From an uncultured Gammaproteobacteria bacterium (GTDB taxonomy: Bacteria > Pseudomonadota > Gammaproteobacteria > DRLM01), in assembly GCA_963761035.1 (NCBI GenBank), contig CAVXFH010000002.1, positions 1,738,915 through 1,802,914 on the forward strand: DNA of 64,000 bases, given 5' to 3'. The translations under genes and the position numbers were made by a program. Under the pieces are notes generated by a model. It ran no database searches. It was given only the letters and a program-made list of their open reading frames with translations, and was not told the DNA's origin. Below, one piece after another: positions 17,535 to 26,967 of the stretch. The first letter of the stretch is position 1; every line of letters starts with the position of its first letter.

Positions 17535-19370
17535 TTGCGCAAAATGTCGCATGATCATAGGCTGGAACGGATGAAACATGCAGATCGATCGCCCGTGACG
17601 ATTAAGAAGGCGCTGTTGCGCGCCTTTTTCGCGCTGGTATTGGGGGCTATCGTCCTGGTGGGGGCGCTGTCTTTTTATCAGTTTCGGCAAACGTTGCAGG
17701 AGGAGATCGCCCATAATCTGCAATTCGGCGCCGGCGCGGTGTTGCAGCGCATCGATGTATTTTTTTTCGAGCGGTTGGAAAATGTTCGGGTGTGGCGGCG
17801 CTTGGAGGTGATGCAGGATATTCGAGTCAACGACGTCGACAAGCGCCTATCACATTTCCTCTCCGACTTGCATGACGGACACGGCGCGGTGTACCAGGCT
17901 CTTTTCTGTACCGATAAGAAAGGTCGCGTCATCGCCGCCAGCGACTCCGCATGGATCGGACGAGGCAAACCGGCGGAGACAGATTGGTTCACGGTGCCGG
18001 GGGACGGCGGCACGGAGGTTGTGTTGGAATCGATGCAATCGGATAAAGGCATCGTCGTGGCGCTGCGCGCCACGATCCCCGATGCCTTCGGCACGGGCGA
18101 GCTCGGTTACCTCTATGCCTTGCTCAATTGGAATGAGGTGCTGGATTTATTGGATGATGCGGTGGCGGGCGGTGAGCGCGGCGCCTTGTTGCTCGACGAC
18201 GATGGGCGGGTGATCGCGGCTTCCCGCGGATTGCGCCAGCGCAAGAATATTTACAGTCAGCGCCTGGCGGGGTGGGTTGCCGACGGCGCCGTCGGCGAGG
18301 CGCATATCAGGACAGGGAAGGTATTGGGCTATCCCAGTCTATTGGTGGGCAGCGCCCGCTCCAGCGGTTATCAGCACTTCCAGGGTTTCGGTTGGCATCT
18401 GCTCATGGTCGAACCCACCGATGTGGCCTTCGCGCCGATCTGGCGCCTGCTGATTGCTATGGTGGCTTTATTGCTGCTGACCTTGGCGGCGGCGGGATGG
18501 ATTTCTTCGCGCTTGGCGGCGCGCATCGCACAACCCATCGTGAGCCTCACGGAGATTACCCGCCGCTACCGCAAGGGCGAGAAAATCGAGCCGGTGAGCG
18601 CGAACACGACCCTGTCTGAGGTGGGCGAACTCAATCGCGCCTTTACCGATATGATAGAGGCGCTGGAGCATTCCCGGGAACAGATCGTGCGCGCTGGAAA
18701 GCTGGCGGTGGTGGGCGAGATGGCGGCGGTTATGGCCCACGAAGTGCGTACCCCCCTGGGTATCTTGCGTTCCTCGGCGCAGTTATTGGAACGACAGCCC
18801 GATCTGGGTGAAAAAGAAAGGGAGCTGACCGGTTTTATCATCAGTGAAACGGACCGTCTCAACCGTTTGGTGACGATGCTATTGGAGTGCGCCAGTCCGC
18901 GGGCGCCTGACTTCAAACCCCATGACCTCCACGAGGTCATAGGCCATGTTCTGGATTTGCTGCTTTCCAAGGCGGAGGGTAAAGCCGTCAAACTACAACG
19001 GGAGTTTAGCGCCCAACACGCCATAATGATATGCGACCGCGAACAATTGATACAGGTGTTTCTAAATCTGGTGATCAACGCGTTACACTTTGTGCCGACG
19101 GGCGGGCGCATCGTCGTCGTCACGCGCAACGAGGGTGGATCGCTGGTCGTAAGTATCGAGGACAACGGCCCCGGTATCCCCGTCGAACTGCGGCAAAGGG
19201 TGTTCGATCCCTTCTTCACCCGGCGCGCCGGCGGCATCGGACTGGGCTTGACCGTTGTACAGCAGATTGTGCAGGCGCACCATGGCGAAATCTGGGTGAC
19301 GGAAAGTCCTTGGGGCGGCGCCAGTTTCAATATCCGCTTCGAACAACGCAACGATGGGAATGATCTTTAA
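17535..19370 (+). CDS. sensor histidine kinase with large periplasmic sensing domain
   Basis: 611 aa. TM1, ~260 aa periplasmic region, TM2, HAMP, H-box (MAHEVRTPLGIL), N/G1/G2 ATPase boxes (LVINALHF..DNGPGIP..GGIGLGL). Stop overlaps the regulator start. Confidence 0.88.
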   Translation: MRKMSHDHRLERMKHADRSPVTIKKALLRAFFALVLGAIVLVGALSFYQFRQTLQEEIAHNLQFGAGAVLQRIDVFFFERLENVRVWRRLEVMQDIRVNDVDKRLSHFLSDLHDGHGAVYQALFCTDKKGRVIAASDSAWIGRGKPAETDWFTVPGDGGTEVVLESMQSDKGIVVALRATIPDAFGTGELGYLYALLNWNEVLDLLDDAVAGGERGALLLDDDGRVIAASRGLRQRKNIYSQRLAGWVADGAVGEAHIRTGKVLGYPSLLVGSARSSGYQHFQGFGWHLLMVEPTDVAFAPIWRLLIAMVALLLLTLAAAGWISSRLAARIAQPIVSLTEITRRYRKGEKIEPVSANTTLSEVGELNRAFTDMIEALEHSREQIVRAGKLAVVGEMAAVMAHEVRTPLGILRSSAQLLERQPDLGEKERELTGFIISETDRLNRLVTMLLECASPRAPDFKPHDLHEVIGHVLDLLLSKAEGKAVKLQREFSAQHAIMICDREQLIQVFLNLVINALHFVPTGGRIVVVTRNEGGSLVVSIEDNGPGIPVELRQRVFDPFFTRRAGGIGLGLTVVQQIVQAHHGEIWVTESPWGGASFNIRFEQRNDGNDL

Positions 19371-20740
19371 TGGAAGCGCATAGAATTCTGGTCGTCGACG
19401 ATGAAGTCAAGATGCGGCGTTTGCTGGAGATGTCTCTGAAGAATATGGGGCACGAGGTGGCGCAGGCCGCGGACGGTGAGGAGGCCATTGCCTGTTTCGC
19501 GGAGGCGCCTTTCGATTTGGTCATGACCGACCTCAAGATGCCGCGCATGGACGGCATGCAACTGCTGAAAACCCTGCGCGCGCGCGGCGAAGAAGTCCCG
19601 GTGATCGTGTTGACCGCCTTCGGCTCCATCGAGACGGCGGTGGAGGCCATGAAACTGGGCGCCGCCGATTACATCATTCGGCCCTTCGAGATCGAGACCG
19701 TGGAATTGGCGGTAACCCGCGCCCTGGCCATGGCCGCGGTGCAGCGTGAGAATCGTTTCCTGCGCGATGAGGCGGCCAAGGGCTGGGGCGAGTTCATAGG
19801 CGGCAGTTCTAAGATGCGGCAACTTTATGAACTCATTCGGCAGGTAGCGCCGGCGCGCAGCAGCGTGTTGATTGTCGGCGAGACCGGCACCGGCAAGGAG
19901 TTGGTGGCGCGCGCCATCCATCAGGCATCGGGACGCGGCGGGCTGTTCGTGCCCATCAATTGCGCGGCGATTCCCGCCGATCTGCTGGAGAGCGAATTGT
20001 TCGGCCACCAAAAGGGCGCCTTTACCGGTGCGCATCGCGATCGCATGGGAAAATTCGAACTGGCCAACGGCGGCACCCTCTTTCTCGACGAGATTACCGA
20101 GATGCCGTTGGCGCTACAGGCCAAGTTGTTGCGGGTGTTGCAGGAAGGAAACGTCGAGCGTCTGGGCGCGCAGCGCGCCGTTAAGGTCGATCTGCGCATC
20201 GTGGCCGCCACCAACCGCGATCCGCAACAAGCCGTCGCGGAGGGGGCGTTGCGCCAGGATCTTTTTTTCCGCTTGAACGTGGTGCGCATTGATGTGCCCC
20301 CTCTGCGGGAGCGCCGCGAGGACATAAAATCGCTGGCGGGACATTTTCTGCATAAGTACAGCAGCGAACTGGGGCGTCCGGCGCCCGCCTTGTCGGAGGC
20401 GACAATGCACAGCCTGCTCGCCTATCCTTGGCCCGGCAATGTTCGGGAGTTGGAAAATCTTATGGAGCGCGCCGCGGTATTGTGCCGCGGCAAGACCATC
20501 GAGCCGAAACTTCTACCGCAAGACATCACGCATGCCGCCGCGGCGCCGCCGCCCGCCGTCAATACTGGCGGAATAGCAGAGTTCGAGTCGCTGATGCTGG
20601 TCGACCATGTCGAGACCTTGGAAAAACAATTGATCAGTACGGCCTTGGCACGCAGCGACGACAATAAATCCGCGGCATCGCGGTTGCTCGGTGTCAGTGA
20701 ACGCACACTTTGGTACAAGATAAAGAAATACGGTCTGTGA
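19370..20740 (+). CDS. sigma54-dependent response regulator (NtrC/ZraR-type bEBP)
   Basis: 456 aa. Receiver domain (Asp in LVMTDLKMPRMDG), AAA+ domain with Walker A GETGTGKE and the sigma54-contact GAFTGA motif, C-terminal Fis-type HTH. Confidence 0.92.
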   Translation: MEAHRILVVDDEVKMRRLLEMSLKNMGHEVAQAADGEEAIACFAEAPFDLVMTDLKMPRMDGMQLLKTLRARGEEVPVIVLTAFGSIETAVEAMKLGAADYIIRPFEIETVELAVTRALAMAAVQRENRFLRDEAAKGWGEFIGGSSKMRQLYELIRQVAPARSSVLIVGETGTGKELVARAIHQASGRGGLFVPINCAAIPADLLESELFGHQKGAFTGAHRDRMGKFELANGGTLFLDEITEMPLALQAKLLRVLQEGNVERLGAQRAVKVDLRIVAATNRDPQQAVAEGALRQDLFFRLNVVRIDVPPLRERREDIKSLAGHFLHKYSSELGRPAPALSEATMHSLLAYPWPGNVRELENLMERAAVLCRGKTIEPKLLPQDITHAAAAPPPAVNTGGIAEFESLMLVDHVETLEKQLISTALARSDDNKSAASRLLGVSERTLWYKIKKYGL

Positions 20741-20909
20741 CGATTAATCTTTTGCACCCGCTTGTCGATCTCTACCGTTGCGGATGTCGGTGATATTCGG
20801 CCAGCGTAATAAATTTCCGCGCGGCGTCCGTTACATGCCGGCGCATCACACTGTAGTTCTGCGCTTGAGACGATTAATGAAGTCTGGAAATTTATAAAAA
20901 GGATATTTT

Positions 20910-21488
20910 ATGGAACAACTCAAATGGAATGTGCCGACCCGATGGCTGCATGCCGGTCTGGCGCTCACCGTTTCTTTGCAACTGCTGATCAGTTTGGTGA
21001 TGGAACCGCCCGATAAAAAAGACGCTACCGCCATGGCGCGGGCGGCATTCGAGGGCCATGAGGCGGTGGGTGTCACGGCGGTAGTGATCGTACTGCTCCA
21101 CTGGTTGTGGAGTACGTTCGACAAGGCCGACGGCGGGCTGGCTCATTTGTTCCCCTGGCGCGGCGCCGCCTGGGCGGAGGTCAAGGCAGATGTGGCCGGA
21201 TTGATGAATCGGCAATTGCCGCAGGGCGGACCGCGCGGCGGTCTGCCTGGTCTGTTGCATGGGCTGGGCTTTCTGGCGGTGACCGGCATGGCATTGACCG
21301 GCGCCGCGCTGTTCGTGCTATTTCCGGAAAGCGGCAAACCGGATAACGCCGTCAATTTGATTGCCGAGGTCCACAGCTTTATCTCCAATTTCGTGTGGGT
21401 GTACTGGGGCGGCCATGTCGCCATGGCGTTCATGCACAAGGTCGCGGGCCACGCCAACGTTAAGGATATGTTCAAGCTCAAAACCTGA
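20910..21488 (+). CDS. cytochrome b561/Ni-hydrogenase-type b cytochrome family membrane protein
   Basis: 192 aa, four TM helices with conserved His (WLHAG; LHWLWS; HGLGFLAV; GGHVAMAFMHK). RBS AAAAGGA. Confidence 0.65.
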   Translation: MEQLKWNVPTRWLHAGLALTVSLQLLISLVMEPPDKKDATAMARAAFEGHEAVGVTAVVIVLLHWLWSTFDKADGGLAHLFPWRGAAWAEVKADVAGLMNRQLPQGGPRGGLPGLLHGLGFLAVTGMALTGAALFVLFPESGKPDNAVNLIAEVHSFISNFVWVYWGGHVAMAFMHKVAGHANVKDMFKLKT

Positions 21489-21527
21489 GTGCCGCCGCCA
21501 AAGCGCGGACCACCGGACCGCGCCACG

Positions 21528-22361
21528 TTATTCCAATAACGCCAGCACACCCTCCAGGCCGCCGTAGTCCAAGGCGGTATGGGCCAGGGCCTGTACCTTG
21601 GGCTTGGCGTGATAGGCGACGCTCAGTCCTGCGGCATTCATCATCAACAAATCATTAGCGCCATCGCCCATGGCGATCGCCTGTTGCGGCGCGATACCCA
21701 GCGTTTGACAGAGCTCCAGCATGAATGCCCGCTTGCCTTCGGCGCCGACGATAGAGCCGATGATCTTGCCGGTAATGCGGCCGTCGACGATCTCCAAGGT
21801 GTTGGCGCGCGCGTAGTCGAGATCGAGGCGCGCCTTCAGGCGTTCGGTAAAGTAGGTGAAGCCGCCCGAGACCAAACCGATCTTGATGCCGCGCGTCCGC
21901 AGGCCCGCGATCATTTGTTCCGCGCCGGGATTGGGACGCAACCGTTCCCGGTAGACATGCTCCAGGGCGGCGGCGTCGAGACCGGTGAGCAGGGCCACGC
22001 GGCGCGTCAAGGATTGTTCGAAGTTAAGTTCGCCGCGCATGGCGGCCTCGGTGATGGCGGCAACCTGCGGCTTCTTGCCGATGAAGTCGGCGATCTCGTC
22101 GATGCATTCGATATTGATGAGAGTGGAATCCATGTCGGTGACCAGTAGCCGCGCCTGGGCGGCATCGAATCCCGCCGGCAATGCATTGATGTCACAGCCA
22201 TGGCGTCGGCGCAGTGTGTCGAGTTGTTCAAGGTCGATCGGCTGCGCATCGCGGATGCGCCAATAACCGTTGCGCGCTTGAAGGACGCCGCCGGTCCGGG
22301 CGCTAATCGCACGGGCCACGTCGTCATTGAGATTCGCGCCTTGGAGAATGAGGGTGGTCAT
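21528..22361 (-). CDS. serB: phosphoserine phosphatase SerB
   Basis: HAD motifs DMDSTLI...GDGANDL. Start set to the ATG at 22361 (MTTLILQ...) rather than the track start. Confidence 0.85.
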   Translation of the reverse strand: MTTLILQGANLNDDVARAISARTGGVLQARNGYWRIRDAQPIDLEQLDTLRRRHGCDINALPAGFDAAQARLLVTDMDSTLINIECIDEIADFIGKKPQVAAITEAAMRGELNFEQSLTRRVALLTGLDAAALEHVYRERLRPNPGAEQMIAGLRTRGIKIGLVSGGFTYFTERLKARLDLDYARANTLEIVDGRITGKIIGSIVGAEGKRAFMLELCQTLGIAPQQAIAMGDGANDLLMMNAAGLSVAYHAKPKVQALAHTALDYGGLEGVLALLE

Positions 22362-22436
22362 GCCGCTGGTTGAGCTTGTGTCGCTGAAAAAAAGAACCGC
22401 CCCATCATAACCCAATCATGAGGCCGCCGCTTGCGA

Positions 22437-23615
22437 TCAGGATGCGCGCGGCTTTTCTTCGGGCAGGAACAGCGCCGTCAGATCATTGAGAAAACGCCGT
22501 CCCAACTCGGTGGGGCGGATGGCGTGAATATCCCGGGCGATGAGTCCTTTGCGTTCCGCTTCTTGCAGCGGACCTTCCACTACGGCCAATGGCAGACCGG
22601 TATGCTGGGCGAATACGGCGACGGGAAATCCGTCGTTGAGTCGCAGGGCGTTGAGCATGAATTCAAAGCCGGTCTCATGCCGGGTCAAAGTTCGTTGCTC
22701 GGCGATGCGCAACGGACTTCCGGCCTTGGCGAGATAGTCGCGGGGGTGGCGGACCTTGGCGGAGCGGACGATGCGCTGGGTCTGGGCGCTGCTGATCTTG
22801 GCGTGGGCTCCGGCGCCGATGCCGAGATAATCGCCGAACCGCCAGTAATTGAGATTGTGGCGGCAGCGATGCCCCGCCCGGGCATACGCCGACACCTCAT
22901 AGTGCGCATAGCCCGCCGCGGCGAGCCGCGCCTGACAGGCTTGTTGCATTTCCCACAGCGCCTCGTCATCCGGCAACACCGGCGGCGCGTGGGCGAAACG
23001 GGTGTTGGGCTCAACGGTGAGTTGATAGTGGGATAGATGCGCCGGTTGCAGTGCGACAGCCTGTTCGAGATCGGCGAGGGCTTGCGCCGTGCTTTGCCCG
23101 GGCAGGCCGTACATGAGATCGAGATTGATATTTTCAAAGGCGGCGGCGCGGGCCGCGGCAGCGGCGGCCAGGGCTTCACCGGGTCCGTGAATGCGACCGA
23201 GACGTTGCAGCAGATCGGCGTCAAAGCTCTGCATACCGATGGAGAGACGATTGATTCCTATGGCGCGAAATTCGGCAAATTTGCCCGTCTCCGCGCTGCC
23301 GGGGTTGGCCTCCAGGGTGATCTCTGCGGCGGCGACTAGGGGCAACAACGCGCGCAGCTGCGACAGCAAGCGATCGAGCGCTTCAGGCGAAAACAGACTC
23401 GGCGTGCCGCCGCCGATGAACACCGTTTCCACCGGGCGTCCCCATACCGAGGGTAATTCCTGTTCCAGATCGGCGATCAGCGCATCGACATAGCGTTGTT
23501 CGGGAACGGCCTCTTTGGCTTCGTGGGAATTGAAGTCGCAATAGGGGCATTTACTGACGCACCACGGTAGATGCACGTACAGCGACAGGGGCGGCAATGC
23601 GATGAAGTGAAACAT
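22437..23615 (-). CDS. hemW: radical SAM heme chaperone HemW (HemN-like)
   Basis: CxxxCxxC cluster (CVSKCPYCDF). Start set to the ATG at 23615 (MFHFIALPP...); the track start at 23669 is GTG. Confidence 0.85.
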   Translation of the reverse strand: MFHFIALPPLSLYVHLPWCVSKCPYCDFNSHEAKEAVPEQRYVDALIADLEQELPSVWGRPVETVFIGGGTPSLFSPEALDRLLSQLRALLPLVAAAEITLEANPGSAETGKFAEFRAIGINRLSIGMQSFDADLLQRLGRIHGPGEALAAAAAARAAAFENINLDLMYGLPGQSTAQALADLEQAVALQPAHLSHYQLTVEPNTRFAHAPPVLPDDEALWEMQQACQARLAAAGYAHYEVSAYARAGHRCRHNLNYWRFGDYLGIGAGAHAKISSAQTQRIVRSAKVRHPRDYLAKAGSPLRIAEQRTLTRHETGFEFMLNALRLNDGFPVAVFAQHTGLPLAVVEGPLQEAERKGLIARDIHAIRPTELGRRFLNDLTALFLPEEKPRAS

Positions 23616-23886
23616 GTCGAGGGAGTCGGGGGCAAAAGGGTTACGGCCACGTAACGCAGGCCATGCCACGGCTCCTTGCCGTATACAGGCGTGTCATTTC
23701 AGAGCGCGACCTTATTAGTAAAATCATGTCGTATGAGTTGAGTAAACGACTCCGCCGGACGAGCATTGATAGGCGGCAACATAGCAGCGCCGCTGCGTCA
23801 CGCCACTAGTTTCTACTATGTCCGCTGGGTGGGAGTAAGCTAAGGGGCCAGGTTATTTTCGGCCCCCCAGTTATTCGCTGTGCGTT

Positions 23887-24183
23887 TTACCAGCGTGAGC
23901 GACCGCCGCCACCACCGCCGCGTCCACCCCTGCTCTCCTTTTCTTGAGCCATATTGACCTTGAGGGCGCGCCCATCCACCTCTTTTCCGTTCAGCGCCAA
24001 GGCCTTTTCCGCGGCTTGTTGGCTGGCGAAGGTGATGAAGGCAAAGCCTTTGGAACGACCCGTCTCTCTGTCCTTAATCAGCGCTATATCTTGAATATCA
24101 CCGTAAGCCGAGAACATTTCCCTGAGCTGGGCTTCATCGACCGAGTAGGGAAAATTGCCTACATATAGCTTATTTTGTTGCAT
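23887..24183 (-). CDS. RNA-binding protein with RRM domain and Gly/Arg-rich tail
   Basis: RNP-1/RNP-2 motifs (LYVGNF; KGFAFITF). GGAG RBS 5 nt before the ATG at 24183. Confidence 0.85.
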   Translation of the reverse strand: MQQNKLYVGNFPYSVDEAQLREMFSAYGDIQDIALIKDRETGRSKGFAFITFASQQAAEKALALNGKEVDGRALKVNMAQEKESRGGRGGGGGGRSRW

Positions 24184-24365
24184 GGTAACTCCGATCACGT
24201 AAGTTGAAATTTTTCAAAGGCGGAAACCGCTTTAGTATCTGCCTCATTATGCGGGTGAACACATAACCTCCGAAGATCTCTGCTGGCCAATGACTAGGTT
24301 GTGGCGGGTAGGAAGCTTCGCCCTAAGTGTACCTCGGATGGGGGGCCGGTGTAATCCAGATATTG

Positions 24366-24956
24366 CTAGCCCAGCAGTGCCGCGATGAGCTTACGCAGCG
24401 CCTGGCCGCGGTGGCTCAGGCGGTTTTTGGTTTCCGGCGGCAATTCCGCGGACGAGCAGTTGTGGGTGGGGACGTAGAACACCGGGTCGTAGCCGAAGCC
24501 GTCGCTGCCGCGCGGCGCGAACAATACCCGACCTTCCCAGGTGCCTTGGCAAATAATCGGGGTAGGGTCCTTGGCGTGGCGCAGATATACCATAAGACAT
24601 TGAAAGCGCGCGCGGCGTCGTTCGTCGGTTAGGTCGCCGAGATCGGCGAGCAACTTTTCCAGGTTATCTTTATCCGACGCGGTCTTACCGGCATAACGCG
24701 AGGAATAGATGCCCGGCGCGCCCGCGAGGGCGTCCACTTCCAGGCCTGAGTCGTCGGCGATAACCGGGAGGCCGGTATGCGCCGCGGCATGGCGGGCTTT
24801 GATGAGGGCGTTCTCCACGAAGGTCAGGCCGGTCTCTTCCGCCACCGCGACGGCGAAAGCGGATTGCGGCAACACCTCGAAATCATGGCCCGCGAGGAGT
24901 GCGTTGATCTCCCGGACCTTGCCCGGGTTGCCGGTGGCGAGGACGACGCGCTGCAT
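24366..24956 (-). CDS. rdgB: non-canonical purine NTP pyrophosphatase RdgB/HAM1
   Basis: VLATGNPGKVREI...SGLEVDAL motifs. Confidence 0.9.
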   Translation of the reverse strand: MQRVVLATGNPGKVREINALLAGHDFEVLPQSAFAVAVAEETGLTFVENALIKARHAAAHTGLPVIADDSGLEVDALAGAPGIYSSRYAGKTASDKDNLEKLLADLGDLTDERRRARFQCLMVYLRHAKDPTPIICQGTWEGRVLFAPRGSDGFGYDPVFYVPTHNCSSAELPPETKNRLSHRGQALRKLIAALLG

Positions 24957-24976
24957 GGCAGGGGAGACGCCGGCCG

Positions 24977-25702
24977 CTAGCCGGCGGCCTTGTCGAGCGC
25001 CGCGCGCTGATGACCGATGAGATCGGCGATGCCGCCCTTGGCCAGTTCCAGCATGGCTTGCAACTCTTCCATGCGGAAGGCGTGGCCCTCGGCCGTGCCC
25101 TGTACCTCGATGAAGGCGCCGGCGTCGTTCATTACCACATTCATGTCGGTCTCGGCATTGGAGTCCTCGGCATAATCGAGGTCCAGCACCGGCGCGCCTT
25201 TATAGATGCCCACCGACACCGAAGCCACGTAACCGTAGATGGGGTTCTTGGTGATGAGTCCTTGTTTCTGCATGTGGCGTACCGCATCCACCAGCGCCAC
25301 GTAGCCGCCGGTGATGGAGGCGGTGCGGGTGCCGCCGTCGGCCTGGATGACGTCACAGTCGATGGTAATGGTGCGCTCGCCCAATGCGCTCAGGTCCACG
25401 ACCGCGCGCAGCGACCGCCCGATCAGGCGTTGGATCTCCATGGTACGGCCACCCTGCCGGCCCTGCGCCGCCTCGCGGTTCATGCGTTGACCCGTTGAGC
25501 GGGGCAACATGCCGTATTCGGCGGTGACCCAGCCTTTGCCCGAGCCCTTCAACCAGCGGGCGGACTTGTCCTCCACGGTGGCGGTGCACAGCACCCGGGT
25601 GTCGCCGAACTCTACCAACACGGCGCCCTCGGGATGCCTGGTGTAATGACGGGTCAGTTTAATGATGCGAAGCTGATCGGGTTTTCTGCCGCTGGGCCGC
25701 AT
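24977..25702 (-). CDS. rph: ribonuclease PH
   Basis: 241 aa, full-length similarity to RNase PH ([18 protein letters not shown]...[18 protein letters not shown]). Confidence 0.93.
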   Translation of the reverse strand: MRPSGRKPDQLRIIKLTRHYTRHPEGAVLVEFGDTRVLCTATVEDKSARWLKGSGKGWVTAEYGMLPRSTGQRMNREAAQGRQGGRTMEIQRLIGRSLRAVVDLSALGERTITIDCDVIQADGGTRTASITGGYVALVDAVRHMQKQGLITKNPIYGYVASVSVGIYKGAPVLDLDYAEDSNAETDMNVVMNDAGAFIEVQGTAEGHAFRMEELQAMLELAKGGIADLIGHQRAALDKAAG

Positions 25703-25848
25703 GGGGGATCCTTAAAAAATTCGTACGAGGGAAGGGGCCGGCATTATAGCCCGCATGCGCGGTCCGAGGCCAACGGCGCGGGCGGGCGGTTTCTAAAATT
25801 TTCCCGCTAAGGGTACTATGGCCTGGTAAATAATATTCGCCGGGGGGA

Positions 25849-26721
25849 ATGAAGATGATTTTCAGCATGACCGCCTTCGCGCGCCGCGAGGGAGAGACCC
25901 CGTGGGGCGTGTTGACCTGGGAGCTGCGCACCGTCAACCACCGTTATCTGGAAATCACGCCGCGCCTGCCCGAAGACTTCCGGGTGCTGGAATCCCAGGT
26001 GCGCGAGCGTATCGGCGCCGCCTTGCAGCGCGGCAAGGTGGAGTGCCAGCTGCGCTTCCAGTCCCTCGCCCAGCAATCCCCCGACTTCGCCCTCAACAAA
26101 GAGCTGATCGCCCGGCTGGTAACGGCGACCGCCGAGGTCGACCGCCTGTTGGCGCAACCGGCGGCGGTGAATGCCCTGGAGATTCTGCGCTGGCCCGGCA
26201 TCATCCAGGCGCCGCAGCCCGATCACGAACAAATGACGGCGGTCGCCATCCGAATTTTGGACGAGGCGCTGGCGGAATTGCAGGCCACACGCGCCCGCGA
26301 AGGCGCCAAGCTCAAGGAGCTGATCCTGCAGCGCTGCGAGGGCGTGGCGGCGCAGGCCGCCGCCGCCGCCCGGCGCCTGCCCGAGGTGCGCGCCCGTCTG
26401 CGCGAAAAACTACTGGCGCGCCTGGCGGAGGTGAAGGGCGAATTGGATCCGATGCGCGTCGAACAGGAGATGGTGTTGCTCAGCCAGCGCCTCGACGTGG
26501 AAGAAGAACTGGATCGCCTCGCCGCGCACCTGGCGGAAGTAAAACGCGTACTCGGCCAGAACGGTCCCGCCGGTCGCCGCCTGGATTTTCTGATGCAGGA
26601 ACTGCATCGCGAGGCCAACACCCTGGGCGCCAAGTCCGGTGACGTGGAGACCACCCGCGCGTCGATGGAGATGAAGGTGCTGATCGAACAGATGCGCGAG
26701 CAGGTGCAGAATATCGAGTAG
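25849..26721 (+). CDS. yicC: YicC/YloC family stress-induced protein
   Basis: N-terminus MIFSMTAFAR matches the E. coli YicC MIRSMTAYA; the ATG at 25855 may be the true start. Confidence 0.85.
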   Translation: MKMIFSMTAFARREGETPWGVLTWELRTVNHRYLEITPRLPEDFRVLESQVRERIGAALQRGKVECQLRFQSLAQQSPDFALNKELIARLVTATAEVDRLLAQPAAVNALEILRWPGIIQAPQPDHEQMTAVAIRILDEALAELQATRAREGAKLKELILQRCEGVAAQAAAAARRLPEVRARLREKLLARLAEVKGELDPMRVEQEMVLLSQRLDVEEELDRLAAHLAEVKRVLGQNGPAGRRLDFLMQELHREANTLGAKSGDVETTRASMEMKVLIEQMREQVQNIE

Positions 26722-26967
26722 AGAGCATAGGGGGCGATGGTGTACAGCCTCTCGAAGCTTCAAATCTAGCATTCCTGATTTTTCTTTCAGATTCGTAAAA
26801 GTTTGTCATGAGACTCTTTTTTTATATCCAATATGTCGTCACAGCGCTACTTTATTCGAAAGAACATTAGCTCGGCATGTTGGTGCTATTGCAGAGTCTT
26901 CCTTGGCAACCAAGAATATACCTGATTGGTTCTTCGGGGTTTGTTGCCGACAAATTGGGTATTCAAA

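Noticed and set aside
23821-23886. Hairpin GGGGCC-aggttattttc-GGCCCC downstream of the RRM gene as an intrinsic terminator
   Set aside because: The stem is good but there is no U-tract in the minus-strand sense. It is left uncalled; it may be a rho-dependent or processing site.
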